Shown: positions 13,611 to 26,777, counted from the first letter of the stretch. The stretch is DNA of 64,000 nt from Sphyrna mokarran (GCA_024679065.1 JAGIQG010000010.1:75702001-75766000); one strand, 5' to 3'. Program-made: numbers and translations. The notes: generated by a model not told the origin, from the letters alone.

Positions 13611-14165
13611 ATACGGCCCGAGGGGTTTTACACAAAATCAAACAGAATATTGAAAGTAGAAGTTTGGAAAATTGCTCAATTTTCACTTTCTGTTAATAAA
13701 GTTATCCAGTCATTTCTATGGATTCTAATATCAGAGTGATATCTAAATGGAGAAAGCAGTAAACAAGTAAAACTAAATTGCAGAGAGTTCACAAGATGAA
13801 GAAACTGAACAAATTAGCCTTGCAGAACAAGGGTTCCCAAACTATGCTATTCCTGAGGGCATCAAGGATAGCTGTGGGGCGTATGCAGAAGAAATTGTCT
13901 AACAGCAGCAAATTCCCTTGCACAACCTCTCCACTTGTACTCTTGCGTGTGCTTCTTTGGAACTCTTGGATCATTCTCTTTTTGTGAACTCTCTCCAATT
14001 TAGTTTTACTTGTTTACTGCTTTCTCCATTTAGATATTACTCTGATATCAGAATCCATAGAAATGACTGGATAACTTTATTAACAGAAAGTGAAAATTGA
14101 GCAATTTTCCAAACTTCTACTTTCAATATTCTGTTTGATTTTGTGTAAAACCCCTCGGGCCGTAT
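13611..14165. repeat. Long inverted repeat: 184-bp arms (13611-13794, 13982-14165) with a 187-bp spacer
   Basis: Arms compared by eye: 3 substitutions and no indels. Confidence 0.95.
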
Positions 14166-15309
14166 GACTCAATTGAATGTAAACACTAAATATTACATAT
14201 ATTACAAATGCATTGAAGCACCTCAGAATACAACATGACCTATGTAGAAAATTTTAATATCATTGCATTCTGCAATTGACATTGAGATGTGTTGTAATGT
14301 TCTTTTAAAATATAATTTTGCAAAAATACATTCATCTGTTTTTTTTCCTGGAGGTGGTAAAGGAGGCAGTTCATTTTCTTTTGTTTCACAGCACCATGCT
14401 GCAATTTTCATTAAATTAGAAACTGTGGACTGTCGCTCATTGGCATTGAAACATTGTACATGGTGTATGCAGTTAAGTAAAACAGACATCAGGCAGCATC
14501 AATTGATTTAAATTCTTTGGCTGCTGTTTGTCTCATTAAGATCATTTAGAATGAAAATAAAGACTTGCATTAAGAATTTTACTAAGATGATGACTAAATA
14601 TTACAGGAGATAGTGGAGGCAGATTTCAAGAGTGTTGGAATATTCCCTGAGTTTATCTGATCAGTGTTTAAAAAAAAAACAATCCTTGCTTATTTTTGTT
14701 CAGAAGACTGTGTCCTCCTTCATTAAGCCCTTTCGCCCTCTTTCAATGTGTTAGTATTTAACACTGCACAAGCTTTTTTGGAGAAATTCCAATTATTTTA
14801 TGTTTTTGAAATCAATCATCTTACTGAGAAAATCTTGATAAATTTTCATTTATTTCATAGACTGACTGATTCAGTTTCTTAGAAAACTTGATTTTTTAAA
14901 TTAAATATGCACCAATTCCAATATAAATCCGAAATGTACAACTTAACTATTTGGAGTATATTTGAAACAATTGTGTAAGCAATCGTATTTTTATATGTGG
15001 TCTTATTCAGTATAATAAGATGCACTGAAAGAAAGAAGTTGACTTCATATATGACCATTCTATAGCTACAGTGGTTACAAGATCATATCCCATTGCTGAG
15101 AAATGCATTTACTAAAGCTTGCACGGAGTAAATTTGGGGGGAAATACTTCATATTCTTGACCTCTGCAATATCTGAAATGTCAAGTAGGATTTATAATAA
15201 TTTCAGGCTAGTTAAAGGGACAGTCTGTCATCCTAGATTTAGATCATACCACCGGATAAAGTCCGTTCCACATCCAGTATAAAAACTGGAGCCACTATAA
15301 GACTTTCTG

Positions 15310-15860
15310 CAGTAACCAGGGCCAGCGATATGCCATTTAGCCTATCAAGCTTGTTCCACTATTCAATGGGATCATGGTTGTTCTTTGACTAATGTCTTCA
15401 ATTGGGTTGATCAACAAAATGATATCAATTTCAGATTTTAAATTTACTTCATTGCATAATGTAATAGGTTCAAGTAATTAAATGGCCTACTTTTGCTCAT
15501 ACATTCCTAAAATTAACAAGTTATCTAACATCAATTACCATTTGCAAAGTCTAAGTCTATTATTGGAAGCTCCTGTCACCATTTGCCTGTAAATATTTTC
15601 TAATTTCACTCCTGAAAGATCTGATTCTAATTTTAGACTATGCTAGTCCTAATTGTAGATACCCTTGTTTTTTCTTAATGTCTTGAAAACTCAATCAAAT
15701 CACAATTTTATGTTCTAAATTCCAGGGAATGCATTGCTATTTTAGTTAATAAAGACCTGTAACTTAACCCTTGGGAACCAGGTTTTGTTCTGGTATACCT
15801 ACGTTCCACTGTCTCCATGGCTAATACATTCCCCCTAAGGTGGGGTGTCTGGAATTGCTC
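15310..15860 (-). mobile_element. Old CR1 3' fragments
   Basis: gccatttagcctatcaagcttgttccactattcaat tail-like sequence and the RT C-terminal remnant cccctaaggtggggtgtctggaattgc. Confidence 0.5.
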
Positions 15861-15959
15861 TTGCCAAAAGAACAAGAAAACCTCCCAGATAAGTCAAAAG
15901 ATGGGAGATTCTATTGTGTTCCAACAAAAAGAAAACAGAGCTGACAAGAGTTTGATGCC

Positions 15960-16400
15960 ATTTGCTACAAGTTACATTTCTATAATGCCTTTAACATAAT
16001 GAAATATCTCCAGGTGCTTGACAGGAGTATTCTAAAAGTCACAAAGAGCTTGGTCAAAGAAATAAGAGCATTTTAAAGGAGGAAAGTGAGATGGGGAGGA
16101 TACTCCAGAGCTTGGCACCTAGGCAATCAAAGGTAGAGTGACAAAAATTGGATGTTGCAGAAGAGGCTTGAACTACAAAGCTGTAGATATCTTGGAATGT
16201 GTGGCTGCAGGATATCAGAAACAGGGAAGAGCAAGATCATGCAGGCATTTGAAAACAAGAATTAGAAGTTTAAAATCAAAATACTGCTTGACCAGGAGCC
16301 AGTATGTCAGCAAGAACAGAAGTGGCAGAGAATTGGCACTTTGTTGCAGGTTAAGACATGAACTGCAGAGATTTAGATGACATCAAGATTGCATGGATGG
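15960..16400 (-). mobile_element. L2-like LINE 3' fragment
   Basis: Reverse complement resembles L2 3' ends (ctcctggtcaagcagtattttgattttaaacttcta), like the plus-strand copy at 38470-38950. Confidence 0.5.
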
Positions 16401-16789
16401 TATGGAGCATGTTGAGTATTGTTGGAATTCTCTGCAAATGGAGAGAATTCTGACTTGTGCCTTATAGATGGTGGACAGGCTATGGGGAGTCAGGAGGCAA
16501 GTTACTTACCTCAGAATACCCAGCCTATAACCTACTGTTCAAGCCACAGTGTTTATATAGTTGATCTAGTTTAGTTTCTGTTGAATGGTCACCCAAGCAT
16601 GTTAATAGAAACCTAGGAAATAGGAGCAGCACCTTGAGCCTGCTTTACTATTTCAACTAAATCATGGTTAATCATCTAACTCAATTCCTTTTCCTGCACA
16701 ATCCCCATTTCCCACCGCTCCTCAAGGCTGTTCTAAGAATTTTATGATTCAATCAGATAATCTCACATTCTTCTAAATCAATGGTCTCC

Positions 16790-18560
16790 AGCAGTCTTAA
16801 AAATTTCAACTTTACTAAAACGCCCAAAAACACATGCTGTGCATAATCTGTGCTTAGTATGACATCTGAAAGTGCTGTGAAATCTGGGTCACAGTTTGAG
16901 ATGGCCAATCTTATACAGCCCATCAGATGAGTATCTGTGAGATATGTGCGATACTTGACCTTAGTGATTTTCATCTGGGAAAGAGCCATCTCACAGAGGT
17001 GTATGAAACCAAAGTAAGCATTCAACTTGAATGCACAGGATGTCAGAAGAGAATACTTCTCTGTTCCCAAAAGTCTTTGTCCCTTAACGTAGTTTTCAGC
17101 TCTATGTCATTTTGCATGATGATAATTTCCATGTTAAGTTCACTGCTTTATTCAACACCTGTTGAAATTTTGCTATCAGTTCTCCCATGTCCACTTAAGG
17201 AAAAGGATTTGAAACAAATGTAATGATTTGTTCCATCTTGTGTACCTTCTGAAATCGTCCACTGAATTCCTTTCCCAATTTGTTTGGATAAACCCTATTT
17301 GACCAATTGTTTGGTTTTATCCAGATTTGGGAAGTGTTTAGTAATTTTGGCACAGTTTCCACTTGAATGCATTCACCACACTGATCATGTGTGACAATTT
17401 CTATCCCAGTTTGTGATTTAGTTTGTTCAATTTTGCACTTAGGTCCATAAAAAATGCCAAGTCTAGCAACCACGTATTAGCTGACAGCTCGCTGTACACC
17501 TCACTTCTTTATTTAAGAAAGGTGACAATTTCAGGGAGCAGATCTAAAAATCTCTGGGGGACTTATCTTCAACTTAACTACCTCATATCTCCATGAAGGA
17601 TTAATTCATCATGTAAGTGGCATCAAGCTCGAGTAACGATTTGAACAAGTGATATTACAGAGTTCTGGCACAAATTGAATTGACGATTTTGACAACTGTC
17701 ATTACATGAGAAAAGTCATAACCCTGCTCACTTATGGGTGGACAACACAATGGTAACTGACAGAGGAGGATTCAGGACCATTTTTGCAAAATGCAATAAA
17801 GCCTGCACTGGCACCCAGAATTAATGGTGCACCATTGGTTGTGATTGAAACCAGTTTCTTGATTGGAATGTTTTTCTTAGTCGCATATCTTTAAATTTAT
17901 TGTAGACATCATTACCTCTAGTCCTCTCTTTTGAGTGGTAAAGAAAGTGAGAAAGTCTTTGGTTGTTGTTGAGTCTTTGAATGCCATGTGAACGAAACCA
18001 ATCAGCTGAGAGGTATCCATCATATCTATTGATCCAAACCATTTCCTGAGACAGGTTCTGGGACAACAATTCCACATTTCTGGCTACTGGTAAAGCAGTA
18101 AGCTCTTGATGGCTGTCATAATTTCATCTTTGTTTTTTTGCTAGCCTTAACTTTAGCCACAGTTTTAGAAAAGAGTGACTGAGGAGCTTTCAAATTTCCA
18201 TTAACTCCCCAATTTACTTCATTCGAATCACACTGTTTAAAGGGGAATTTTCTTGAAATTTTGCATTCATTGTCTTGTGATGCCATTCTAAATTACCTCT
18301 TCTCAAGACTACACTGATGACAAATGAGACAAACGATCTTGTCTTTGAAATTTATAAAAAGAAATTCACTTCCCAACTCTTGGTGGAAATGGTAGGATTA
18401 TGCCCACTTGGACGTCCCTTACTTATCATTTCACTGTAGAAAATTAGAAACTGAAAAGCCCAGCTTATTACAAGTTTTGGTGCGAGCAAGAATCTCATTT
18501 GTGCATTTTTGATGCAGTTCAGCAGGCAATGAGTTGATTCATCTGTGCTGACATTTAGCT
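16790..18560 (-). mobile_element. Fossil hAT (Charlie / GTF2IRD2-EPM2AIP1-like) transposase
   Basis: Reverse-strand remnants: SWEVNFF..KDKIVCLICHQ (BED-like zinc finger, ~18320-18380), the VVKIVNSICAR region (~17665-17700) and C-terminal KYRTYLTDTHLMGCIRLAISNCDPDF (ORF 16753..17070); many stops and frameshifts. Confidence 0.8.
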
Positions 18561-18774
18561 CTCTTTTTAAACTTTTCAGTAGCTTGTATTTGCACCCCAT
18601 AGCTGCGTCTGTTTAAAGTAAAGGTACCATGCAGAATCTTGGCTTTTCCCGCTCAATATATATTTTAAAAATGCTAAAATCGACTGTTCAAGACTCTGGG
18701 ATCCATTGACTGTCCAGAAACCTAATTTCTAAATTCCACAAATTACAGGCCCAGTCTCCTTAATTTCTCATAAA

Positions 18775-19330
18775 CACTAGAAGCAGGAGTTTGCCATTTG
18801 GCCCTTCAAGCCTGCTCTGCCATTCATTTTCTTCTTGGCTGATCATCAAATTCAACAATCTGATCCCCCTTCCCCCGCTTATCCCTTGAACTCCAAGAGC
18901 TATATCTAATTTTATCTTGAAATGTTTTGGCTTCAATTACATTCTGTGGTAGTGAAATCCATACATTCATCACCCTATGGGTGAAGAAAGTTCTCCTCAC
19001 CTCAGTCCTAAAATATTTATCCCTTATCTCAAACTATGACCCCTAGTTCCAGACTCCCCACCATTGGAAATTCTTTCTGAATCTACCCTAACACTGTTAG
19101 AACTATATAAGTTTCTCTGAAATCCCCTCTCACTCTTCTAAACTCCAGTGAATATAATCCTAACTGACTTAGTCTAGCTCATAGTTGCACTGTCTTAATG
19201 ACAAGCATACCTTTCATTTGGAAAGGAAACCAAAAGCGTACACAAAGTCTAGGCATGGCTCCACCAAGGCTCCATACAACTGCTGCAACACTTCTTTACT
19301 TCTGTACTCACAACATCTTGCAATAAAAGG
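18775..19330 (-). mobile_element. Old CR1 3' fragment
   Basis: CR1 tail gccatttggcccttcaagcctgctctgccattca followed by RT C-terminal remnants. Confidence 0.75.
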
Positions 19331-19809
19331 TCAAAAAGCCTGAAAGAAAGATCCAAAACAGAAGCAATTACTTCTATTTGGGATCAAAGAACTATAAAAT
19401 CTGAGCGGAGTACAGAAGCTTAAAAAAAGTCTACAGGATGAAACTAGTCTGGGTTTTTGCATGCTTCATTGTTCATAGCTGAAATGCGAATTATAACCTG
19501 TTAAGCTGTATTAATTAGCACCAAGTGTCTTTGGTTATATTTTTAATAAGTCTTTCCAATTGACTACAATTTTGACGATCCTGCTATTGGCTTAGGTATC
19601 GTGCCCAAATTCCTTAGAAATTAAGTACCTATGGCAAAATAATGACACACTCAAATTTTAAAGGAAAAGTTATGGATGAGTCATGAAGGCTTTGATGGTT
19701 AATTGAAGTATTTGAGTGCATTCTTATTATTTCTATAATTCTTGGATCAGAAGTTTAAGACTTGTTAGGACCATTGAAGTAATTACAGAATCTGGCAACC
19801 TTTAGAAGA

Positions 19810-20321
19810 ATGTGGAGATGCCAGTGTTGGACTGGAGTAAACACAGTAAGAAGTTTCACAACACCAGGTTAAAGTCCAACAGGTTTATTTGGTAGCAAAA
19901 GCCACTAATATTTGAAGCGCTGCTTCTTCATCAGGTAAGTGGGATTTCATTCACAAACAGGGCATATAAAGACGCAAACTCAATTTACAAAATAATGGTT
20001 GGAATGTCAGTCTTTATAGGTAATCAAATCTTAAAGGTACAAACAAAGTGAGTGGAGAGAGGGTTAAGCACAGGTTAAAGAAATGTGTAATGTCTCCAGA
20101 CAAGACAGTTAGTGAGATTTTGCAAGCCTAGACATGTCGTTGGGGTTACAGATAGCGTGACATGAATCCAAGATTCTGGTTGAGGCCGTCTTCATGTCTG
20201 CGGATCTTGGCTATCAATCTCTGCTCAGTGATCCTGCGCTGTTGTGTGTCATGAAGGCCGCTTTCAAGATTGCTTACCTGAAGATCAGAGGCCGAATGCC
20301 CATGACCAGACATGTTACAAG
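19810..20321 (-). mobile_element. Penelope-like element 3' part (GIY-YIG C-terminus and terminal repeat with hammerhead-like core)
   Basis: Reverse translation GHSASDLQVSNLESGLHDTQQRRITEQRLIAKIRRHEDGLNQNLGF; CTGATGA core at 19934-19928; tttagaaga on both flanks (19801-19809, 20322-20330). Confidence 0.8.
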
Positions 20322-20471
20322 TTTAGAAGAGGCAAAATAAAAGACTGCACAGTCTATCTTATTGGGAACTTAGAATCTTAGTGCTGTCTTGTCTGGCCAG
20401 CTTGCAGCCTGGCAGAGGATATCATCTGATGGTAGGAATATGGTGATTTAGTGAGTCCTGTCAGTAATCAA

Positions 20472-20668
20472 AGACAGGTTAGGTGGATTGGCCATGCTAA
20501 ATTGCCCTTTAAATGTTTAAAGATGTGTAGGTAAGGAAATTAGTGGGGTAAATCTGTGAGGTTACAGTGATAGAGTGCAGTGTGGGACTGAGTAAGATGC
20601 TCTGCTGGAAAGTCAGTGCAAACTCAATGGGCCAAATGGCTTCTTGTACCGTAGGGATTCTATGGTTC
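20472..20668 (+). mobile_element. HE1-like V-SINE, 3' portion
   Basis: V-domain end caggttaggtggattggccatgctaaattgccc and a CR1-type tail gggccaaatggc...gattctatggttct. Confidence 0.75.
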
Positions 20669-22365
20669 TCAAAACAGTGAAAATTTTATCTAACTATGAA
20701 AACTAAATTTTTCTTCAGTTTAATTACAATCATTTATAAAGTCGCCAGGGGAAACAACAGTAATCTTTTCTTCTTAAAAGTGCGTACTGTTGAGTCCTTT
20801 GTCTTATTAACAAGTGCTGGTTTGACCACATTGGGAGTATTAAGGTCAACTAACCTGCTGTGGTGTGAAACCTAAAATTTCATTAGTGCCCGTAGTGATA
20901 TTCTAGTTATTATGTCATGGTGTGTGTAAGAATCTTTAATTTTGGATAATAAGGTTCACACATATAAAGCTTGGTAGTTTCTAATTTAAAACATTTGATT
21001 GCATGAATTAGGAATGGATTCTGATTGCTCAATTATCCTGCTTCTATCAGAAAAAAGTAATCTTGGGTGAGAAACCGTTTATAAAAAAACTAAAATGTTT
21101 GAGAACAATTGATGTTGAATCCAAAATGCTATCTTCCCCAGAAGGTTTTCTTTCAAAGTTGATAATGTTACGAATGATTTTTGTTGTTTTCAATCCCCAA
21201 GGGTAAAATCTGTCGGAAGAATACTGCATACTCAAGGCATCTATTTTTCCTTTAGATCATGCTGAACGCAAAACTGTCACCCTAGAATAACAAACCTGCT
21301 GAAAACGACAATGATTTCTCTCTTGAAAAACTGAGCATCATTTTGCAGAAATGCAGGTGACCTATAAAACAGGATGCTGACATTAGGCAGCGTCAACATC
21401 TGATATTGATGCAAATCAATGCACTGAGTTATTGGTAATGTTTTCTGGAAGTTTATTACTACCTTCATAGTTATTATGTTGTAGCAAAAAAAAAATCAAT
21501 AAATGTCAACAATTCTAGAAGTTTGCTGTGTGCAATATCAATCAGAATGCTGTAGTTCAAGTCCAATTGGCCACAAAATGTAAAGATTTTCCAAAGAAGC
21601 AGAATGCACTGCTTAGTCATTACAAAGCTCACGTTAAACTATTCTTAAAAATACTTCGTTTGCTGTTCCGGTGTCCTACATATGCCAATTGTTGGTAAGG
21701 GTTTCATTAAAGAAGGCCAAAATGATGCTGGAACTTTTAAGAAATTATTTTTTAAGAATAACAATCCTTGTTAACTGACCAACACAAAATCGTTGTCTTG
21801 AAAAAGGAATGCAATACAAATCGGTGTTATTCCTGTTCCCTGTCCTTTTCTTTCTTTTTCCATATTTTGTCCTTTTAGTTTACAAATTGGATCAAGTCTC
21901 ATAATTTCAAACTTCTATTTAAAACTTTTACCAAACTCAGAACAAATGTTGTTTTTTAGTATGTTACTTTTATTTCTCAGCTCTAGATAGTAGACTTATT
22001 CAGAGTTTGTTCAATATCTCTATTTCCATTTGTAAATTTATCAGTGAACACCATGTTGTAAAATTAAAATTCTCAAAATATCAACTTATTTGGTTGATAA
22101 AAGTCTTTCAGAAAAAGCAGAGAAAATTTTGCTGTGAAAACATTTCAGTTCATAGCTTGCTTTCAGCAGGAAATGGTTTAAAAATGCATTATAGGACCAA
22201 TTATGGCTGGTACATGCCACTGTGTTCTGGACAATGAACATGCTTGCAACATATGAGACAACCTTGAATAAGGCAAAGTCAGGTAATTTAAATATTCAGC
22301 ACATGATGAATGTGCTGTCCAAAACAGGTTTGGGGAGGGAATGCACAATTGGATCCAACTGTTCT

Positions 22366-23037
22366 AGAACATAGAACATAGAACATAGAACATTACAGCA
22401 CAGAACAGGCCCTTCGGCCTTCGATGTTGCGCCGACCAATATAAAAAGCAATGCCCCTCCAAACTAAACCATTCCCTTCTCTTCCATATACTTATCAACT
22501 AACCTCTTAAACGCCACCAAACTTGGCGCATCTACAACTGCTGCAGGCAGGGCATTCCACTCCCGAACCACCCTTTGGGTAAAGAACCTACCTCTGATAT
22601 CCGTCCTATAACTATCACCCCTTAATTTAAAGCTGTGTCCCCTCGTGCTAGCTTTTTCCATCCTAGGAAAAAGGCTATCACTGTCCACCCTATCTAAACC
22701 TCTAATCATCTTATATGTTTCGATTAGGTCCCCTCTTAGCCGCCTCCTTTCTAACGAAAACAACCTCAAATCCCTCAGCCTCTCTTCATAAGACCTGCCC
22801 TCCATACCAGGCAACATCCTGGTAAACCTCCTCTGTACCCTCTCCAATGCCTCCACATCTTTCTTATAATGTGGGGACCAGAACTGCACACAATACTCCA
22901 AGTGCGGCCGCACTAGAGTTTTGTACAGTTGCAACATGACGTTGCGGCTCCGAAATTCAATCCCTCTACCAATAAAAGCCAAGACTCCATATGCCTTCTT
23001 AACAACCTTCTCAACCTGACTGCCTACTTTCAGGGAT
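22366..23037 (-). mobile_element. Young 5'-truncated CR1 LINE with an uninterrupted ORF2 C-terminus
   Basis: ORF 22464..23057 is open to the natural stop; (tagaaca)4 tail; highly similar to the copies at 3156 and 59116. Confidence 0.93.
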
Positions 23038-24084
23038 AAAAACATGTTTCTGTACAAACATCAGTAGTGCAGTTTCAATCAGAAAGCTTTCAGACCAAAT
23101 CTGGCAATAGGTATCTCCTACTCTGTTTGAGTGTTGCATAGAGTCCATCATGAAGGATATGGGCATAAGAGGAGTGATAATCCCAGGCAATGAAAATGAG
23201 CAGGTCAAAGCCTCCCTGTACATGGACGATGTCACCATTTCCTGCTTGGATCCAACACAAGCTCTTGAACGTCTGTGGCAGTTTGAACTGGCTTTGGGAA
23301 ATGTGACAAGAGTGAGGCTATGTTCTTTGGGAACTGATTGATTGATCCTTTGATCCTCCACCATCAGGTCAGAGTACCTGAAATTGCTGGGAGTGTAGCT
23401 CAGAGTGGTTGGCGTGTGCTACAAAAACTGGAAGGGGCATATTGCTAAGGCAAAACAGCACATGGGAGAACACACTCTCTTCAGTGTGGACAAAAAAACC
23501 TGGTCATCAGGTGCGAAGTGCTCTCTGGATTGTTTCTTACATCCTGATCCAGTGCCGCAACAGTCATCTGAGCCATCTTCAAATTCATGTGGGGATCCAA
23601 GATGGATCAAGTCTGAAGAGATACCATGCACAGATCTTTGGATAAGGGAGGGAAAAAGGTTATCCAACATTGCCTTCAGTCTGATGGCCAACTTTATGTG
23701 TGGTCGCATCAGGTACATTCTTGGTAGGTAAACACCAAGTGCACTACATACTGAGGTTTTACACGTTCTCGGTGTTGTGAAGGATGAGTCTGGCCACATT
23801 GCTGCAGAATGTTCCAAGTAGTTAGATCATGCCTATCACCTATCACCTATCCGTCATTCATTTTTGACCACAAGGCCATCAATCAGTGGTCTTCACATAA
23901 TGTCCTCAAAGCCTTAAGGAAAAAGGAGATGGTGGATCCTGTCAGACAGTTCCAAATGACTTTCAAAGTCATTTGGCAGAAGATCTCATCACATGGACTT
24001 TCAAACAAGTACCAAGACTAAGTTTGGCTGTTGGCGAGAAGGGCACTCCGCATTAGATCCTTCATGCACATCTAATGCGCATAA

Positions 24085-24306
24085 AGGGGCTGTGAATCTG
24101 TGGAATTCTCTGTCCACTGAAGCATTAAGGCTACCTTGTTGAATATTTTTAAGGCAAAGATAAAGGAATTAAGGGGTTATGGTGAGCAGGAGAGTAAGTG
24201 GAACGAAGTCCATGAAAAGATGAGCCATGTTCTTATTGAATATCACAGCAGGTTCAAAGAGCCAGATGGCTTACTCCTGCTCCTAATTTTTATGTTCATA
24301 TGTTCT
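24085..24306 (+). mobile_element. CR1 3' tail fragment inside the Tx1 element
   Basis: gtgaatctgtggaattctctg...gagccagatggcttactcctgctcctaatttttatgttc. Confidence 0.75.
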
Positions 24307-25446
24307 TCTGTGTCCGTGCCACCACATGCTGCCTTTGAAGTGTCTCTGATGGGAAGAGATAGTCGAATACCTCCTAATGGAATATGCCTTTGCAAAAAAG
24401 GTCTGGAGAGATGTAATGGCCATTAACAATTCATCATTGGGATTCATCCCAATGATGCAGTTCTCTGTTATCTACAGATTGTTCCCAGGAACACACACAG
24501 AAACAAACATCAACTGCTGCTGGAGAATCATCAGTGAAATATGCTGTTTGGTCTGCCAAAACTTGTCTGACTGAATGTTGCAGACTGGCACATTCCAAGC
24601 TCCAGAGCTGAGAGATACACTCAAGCTTGGGGCAGACGCTCACCAAGGTCCAATGGGGAAAGGCCGCTATGTAAGGCTTTCCAACAATTGCACATGGAGG
24701 GGCTGGTAAATGTGAAACCCCTAGTACTGTGTCTAATCCTAACATATGTAAATGTACTGAACTACTACAGAATGCAACATGGCTGATGTTTATAGTTTGA
24801 AAAAACTGTACTCTGCAATGAAAATATTGAAGTGTTTATAATGTTCTCATTATTGAACTGAAGCATCTCAGAGTGCATCTTGATTGCTGAAGAAAATGTG
24901 AATATCATTTCGCTTTATTGTTATGACAATTTGAAATGTTTTGTAATGTTTCTTTCAGATATTATATGAATAAAGTGTATTTTTTGCAATAAAAAATTCA
25001 ATGCACAGCACATAATGTAATGGAAAAATGCTGCCAGCCACCAAAACTTCATAAACATCTGTTAGGCTTTCTTAAGGAGGGAGATACAACTTAAAATTTT
25101 CAAAAGCTATGGTTCAGTAATAAATAGATGGAATACAACTTCAAGGGCTTTTCTGCCTGTATGTCAATAATAAATAAATACCTTGTGTTGTGACCAAGAC
25201 AGAATTTATAGGGATAAGCCTTCAAGTATGCAATTTATTTTGAAAAAAGATCCAACTTTATAAACCAAAACTAAACATACTTCCCATGCAGTACAATTGT
25301 TGATCAGATACTCCAGTACTCCTTCAGATCACATTTAAATTTAAGCAAGAATAGTTCTCTTAGTGCCCTGAACCAACAACAGTAAATAAGTTACCTGGTC
25401 ATTTATATTATTGCTGTTTCTAACTTTGTTATGTGCAAATTGATTT

Positions 25447-26273
25447 TGATTTGATTTATTATTGTCACATGTATTAACATACAGTGAAAAGTATTGTATC
25501 TTGTATCTATATTGTCAAAACAGACTGTTCATAGAGAAGAAAATGAGAGAGTGAAGAATGTAGTGTTATAGTCATAGCTAGGCTTAGAGAAAGATCAACT
25601 TAATGCAAGATAAGTCCATTCAAAGTCTGATAGCAGTAGGGAAGAAGCTGTTCTTGAGTCAGTTGATACGTGACCCCAGACTTCTGTATCTTTTTCCAGA
25701 AGGAAGAAGGTGGAACATAAAATGTCCGGGATGTGTGGGGTTTTTAATTATGTGGCTGGTTCGCTGAAGCAGCTGGAAGTATAGACAGAGTCAATGGATG
25801 GGAGGCTGGCTTGCGTGATGGATTGGGCTACATTCATGACTTTTTGTAGTTCCTTGCAGACTTGGAATGGCTCCTGCTCTGCCCAAGCTGTGATACAATC
25901 AGAAAGAATGCTTTCTGTGGCGCATCTGTAGAAGTTGGTGAGAGTCGTAGCTGACATACCACATTTCCTTAGTCTTCTGAGAAAGTAGAGACATTGGTGG
26001 GCTTTCTTAACTATAGCGTTGACAAGGGGGGATCAGGACAGGTTGTTGATGATCTGGACACCTAAAAACTTGAAGCACTCGACCCTTGCTACTTTATCCC
26101 CGTTGATATAGACAGGGGCATGTTCTCATTTATGCTTCCTGGTGTCAATGACAAACTCCTTCATTTTGTTGACATTGAGAAAAACATTATTGTTGCCGCA
26201 CCAGTTCACCAGATTTTCTGTCTCATTCCTGTACTTTGTTTCATCATTGTTTGAGATCCGACCCATTACGGTG
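25447..26273 (-). mobile_element. Rex1/Babar-type LINE 3' fragment
   Basis: Reverse translation AHQCLYFLRRLRKCGMSATTLTNFYRCATESILSDCITAW; tail aataaatcaaatca. Confidence 0.85.
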
Positions 26274-26294
26274 AAAACTGACAACTGAGAGACT

Positions 26295-26633
26295 TTTTTT
26301 AAAACTCATTCATAGCAGCATCACCGTAAGACCAGCATTTCTTGCCCATCCCTGATTGTCCTTGAACTGAATGACTTGCTACGGCAAAACATTTAACTAC
26401 TACGGATCTGAAGTCATATATAGGCCAGATGAGGCAAGCATGGCAGATTTCTTTCCCTAAAGGATATTAGGGAATCAGATTGATTTTTACAACAATTGAT
26501 GATAGTTTAGCTTCATATTCCAAATTTGCTAACTGAATTTAAATTCCACACCCTGCTATGGTGTGATTTCAACCCAGGAGCCTGGTGCATTGACTGAATT
26601 ATTAATCTAATTACCGCTACACACCACCTCCCC
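26295..26633 (-). mobile_element. tRNA-derived shark SINE
   Basis: Same family as 27060-27545 in the opposite orientation (gggttgaaatcacaccatagcagggtgtggaatttaaattcag). Confidence 0.65.
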
Positions 26634-26777
26634 CAAATGGCTACACAACAGTGATTACTCATACACTTTAAAAGTGCTTCATTGACTTTGAAGTTCTTTG
26701 AGAAGTCCTGAGAGAATGCAAATTCATGCAGAGTTTCTTAATACTGAAGGATTTTCCACTCACATATAATAGACTAT

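Larger units (their letters stand above)
22300..24997 (+). mobile_element. Degraded Tx1/L1-clade LINE (RT to 3' end), interrupted by two CR1 insertions
   Basis: MMNVLSK.G.G...NWIQL before the insert, TNISSAVSI after it; ORF 23150..23341 GIRGVIIPG...VKASLYMDDVTI; AATAAA and A-rich end at 24969-24997. Confidence 0.75.
25320..26725 (+). mobile_element. SacSINE1/AmnSINE-like DeuSINE, split by two insertions
   Basis: Deu-domain-like ttacctggtcatttatattattgctgttt...gtgcaaattg (25390-25442) resumes as aatggctacacaacagtgattac...aaaagtgcttcattgactttgaag (26636-26725). Confidence 0.55.

Noticed and set aside
13778-14100. ORFs within the inverted repeat as a transposase or small gene
   Set aside because: Short, with non-ATG starts and no recognisable motif.
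22366-22395. (TAGAACA)n arrays as CRISPR-like or telomeric repeats
   Set aside because: They are CR1 3' tails with no spacers, in a eukaryotic context.
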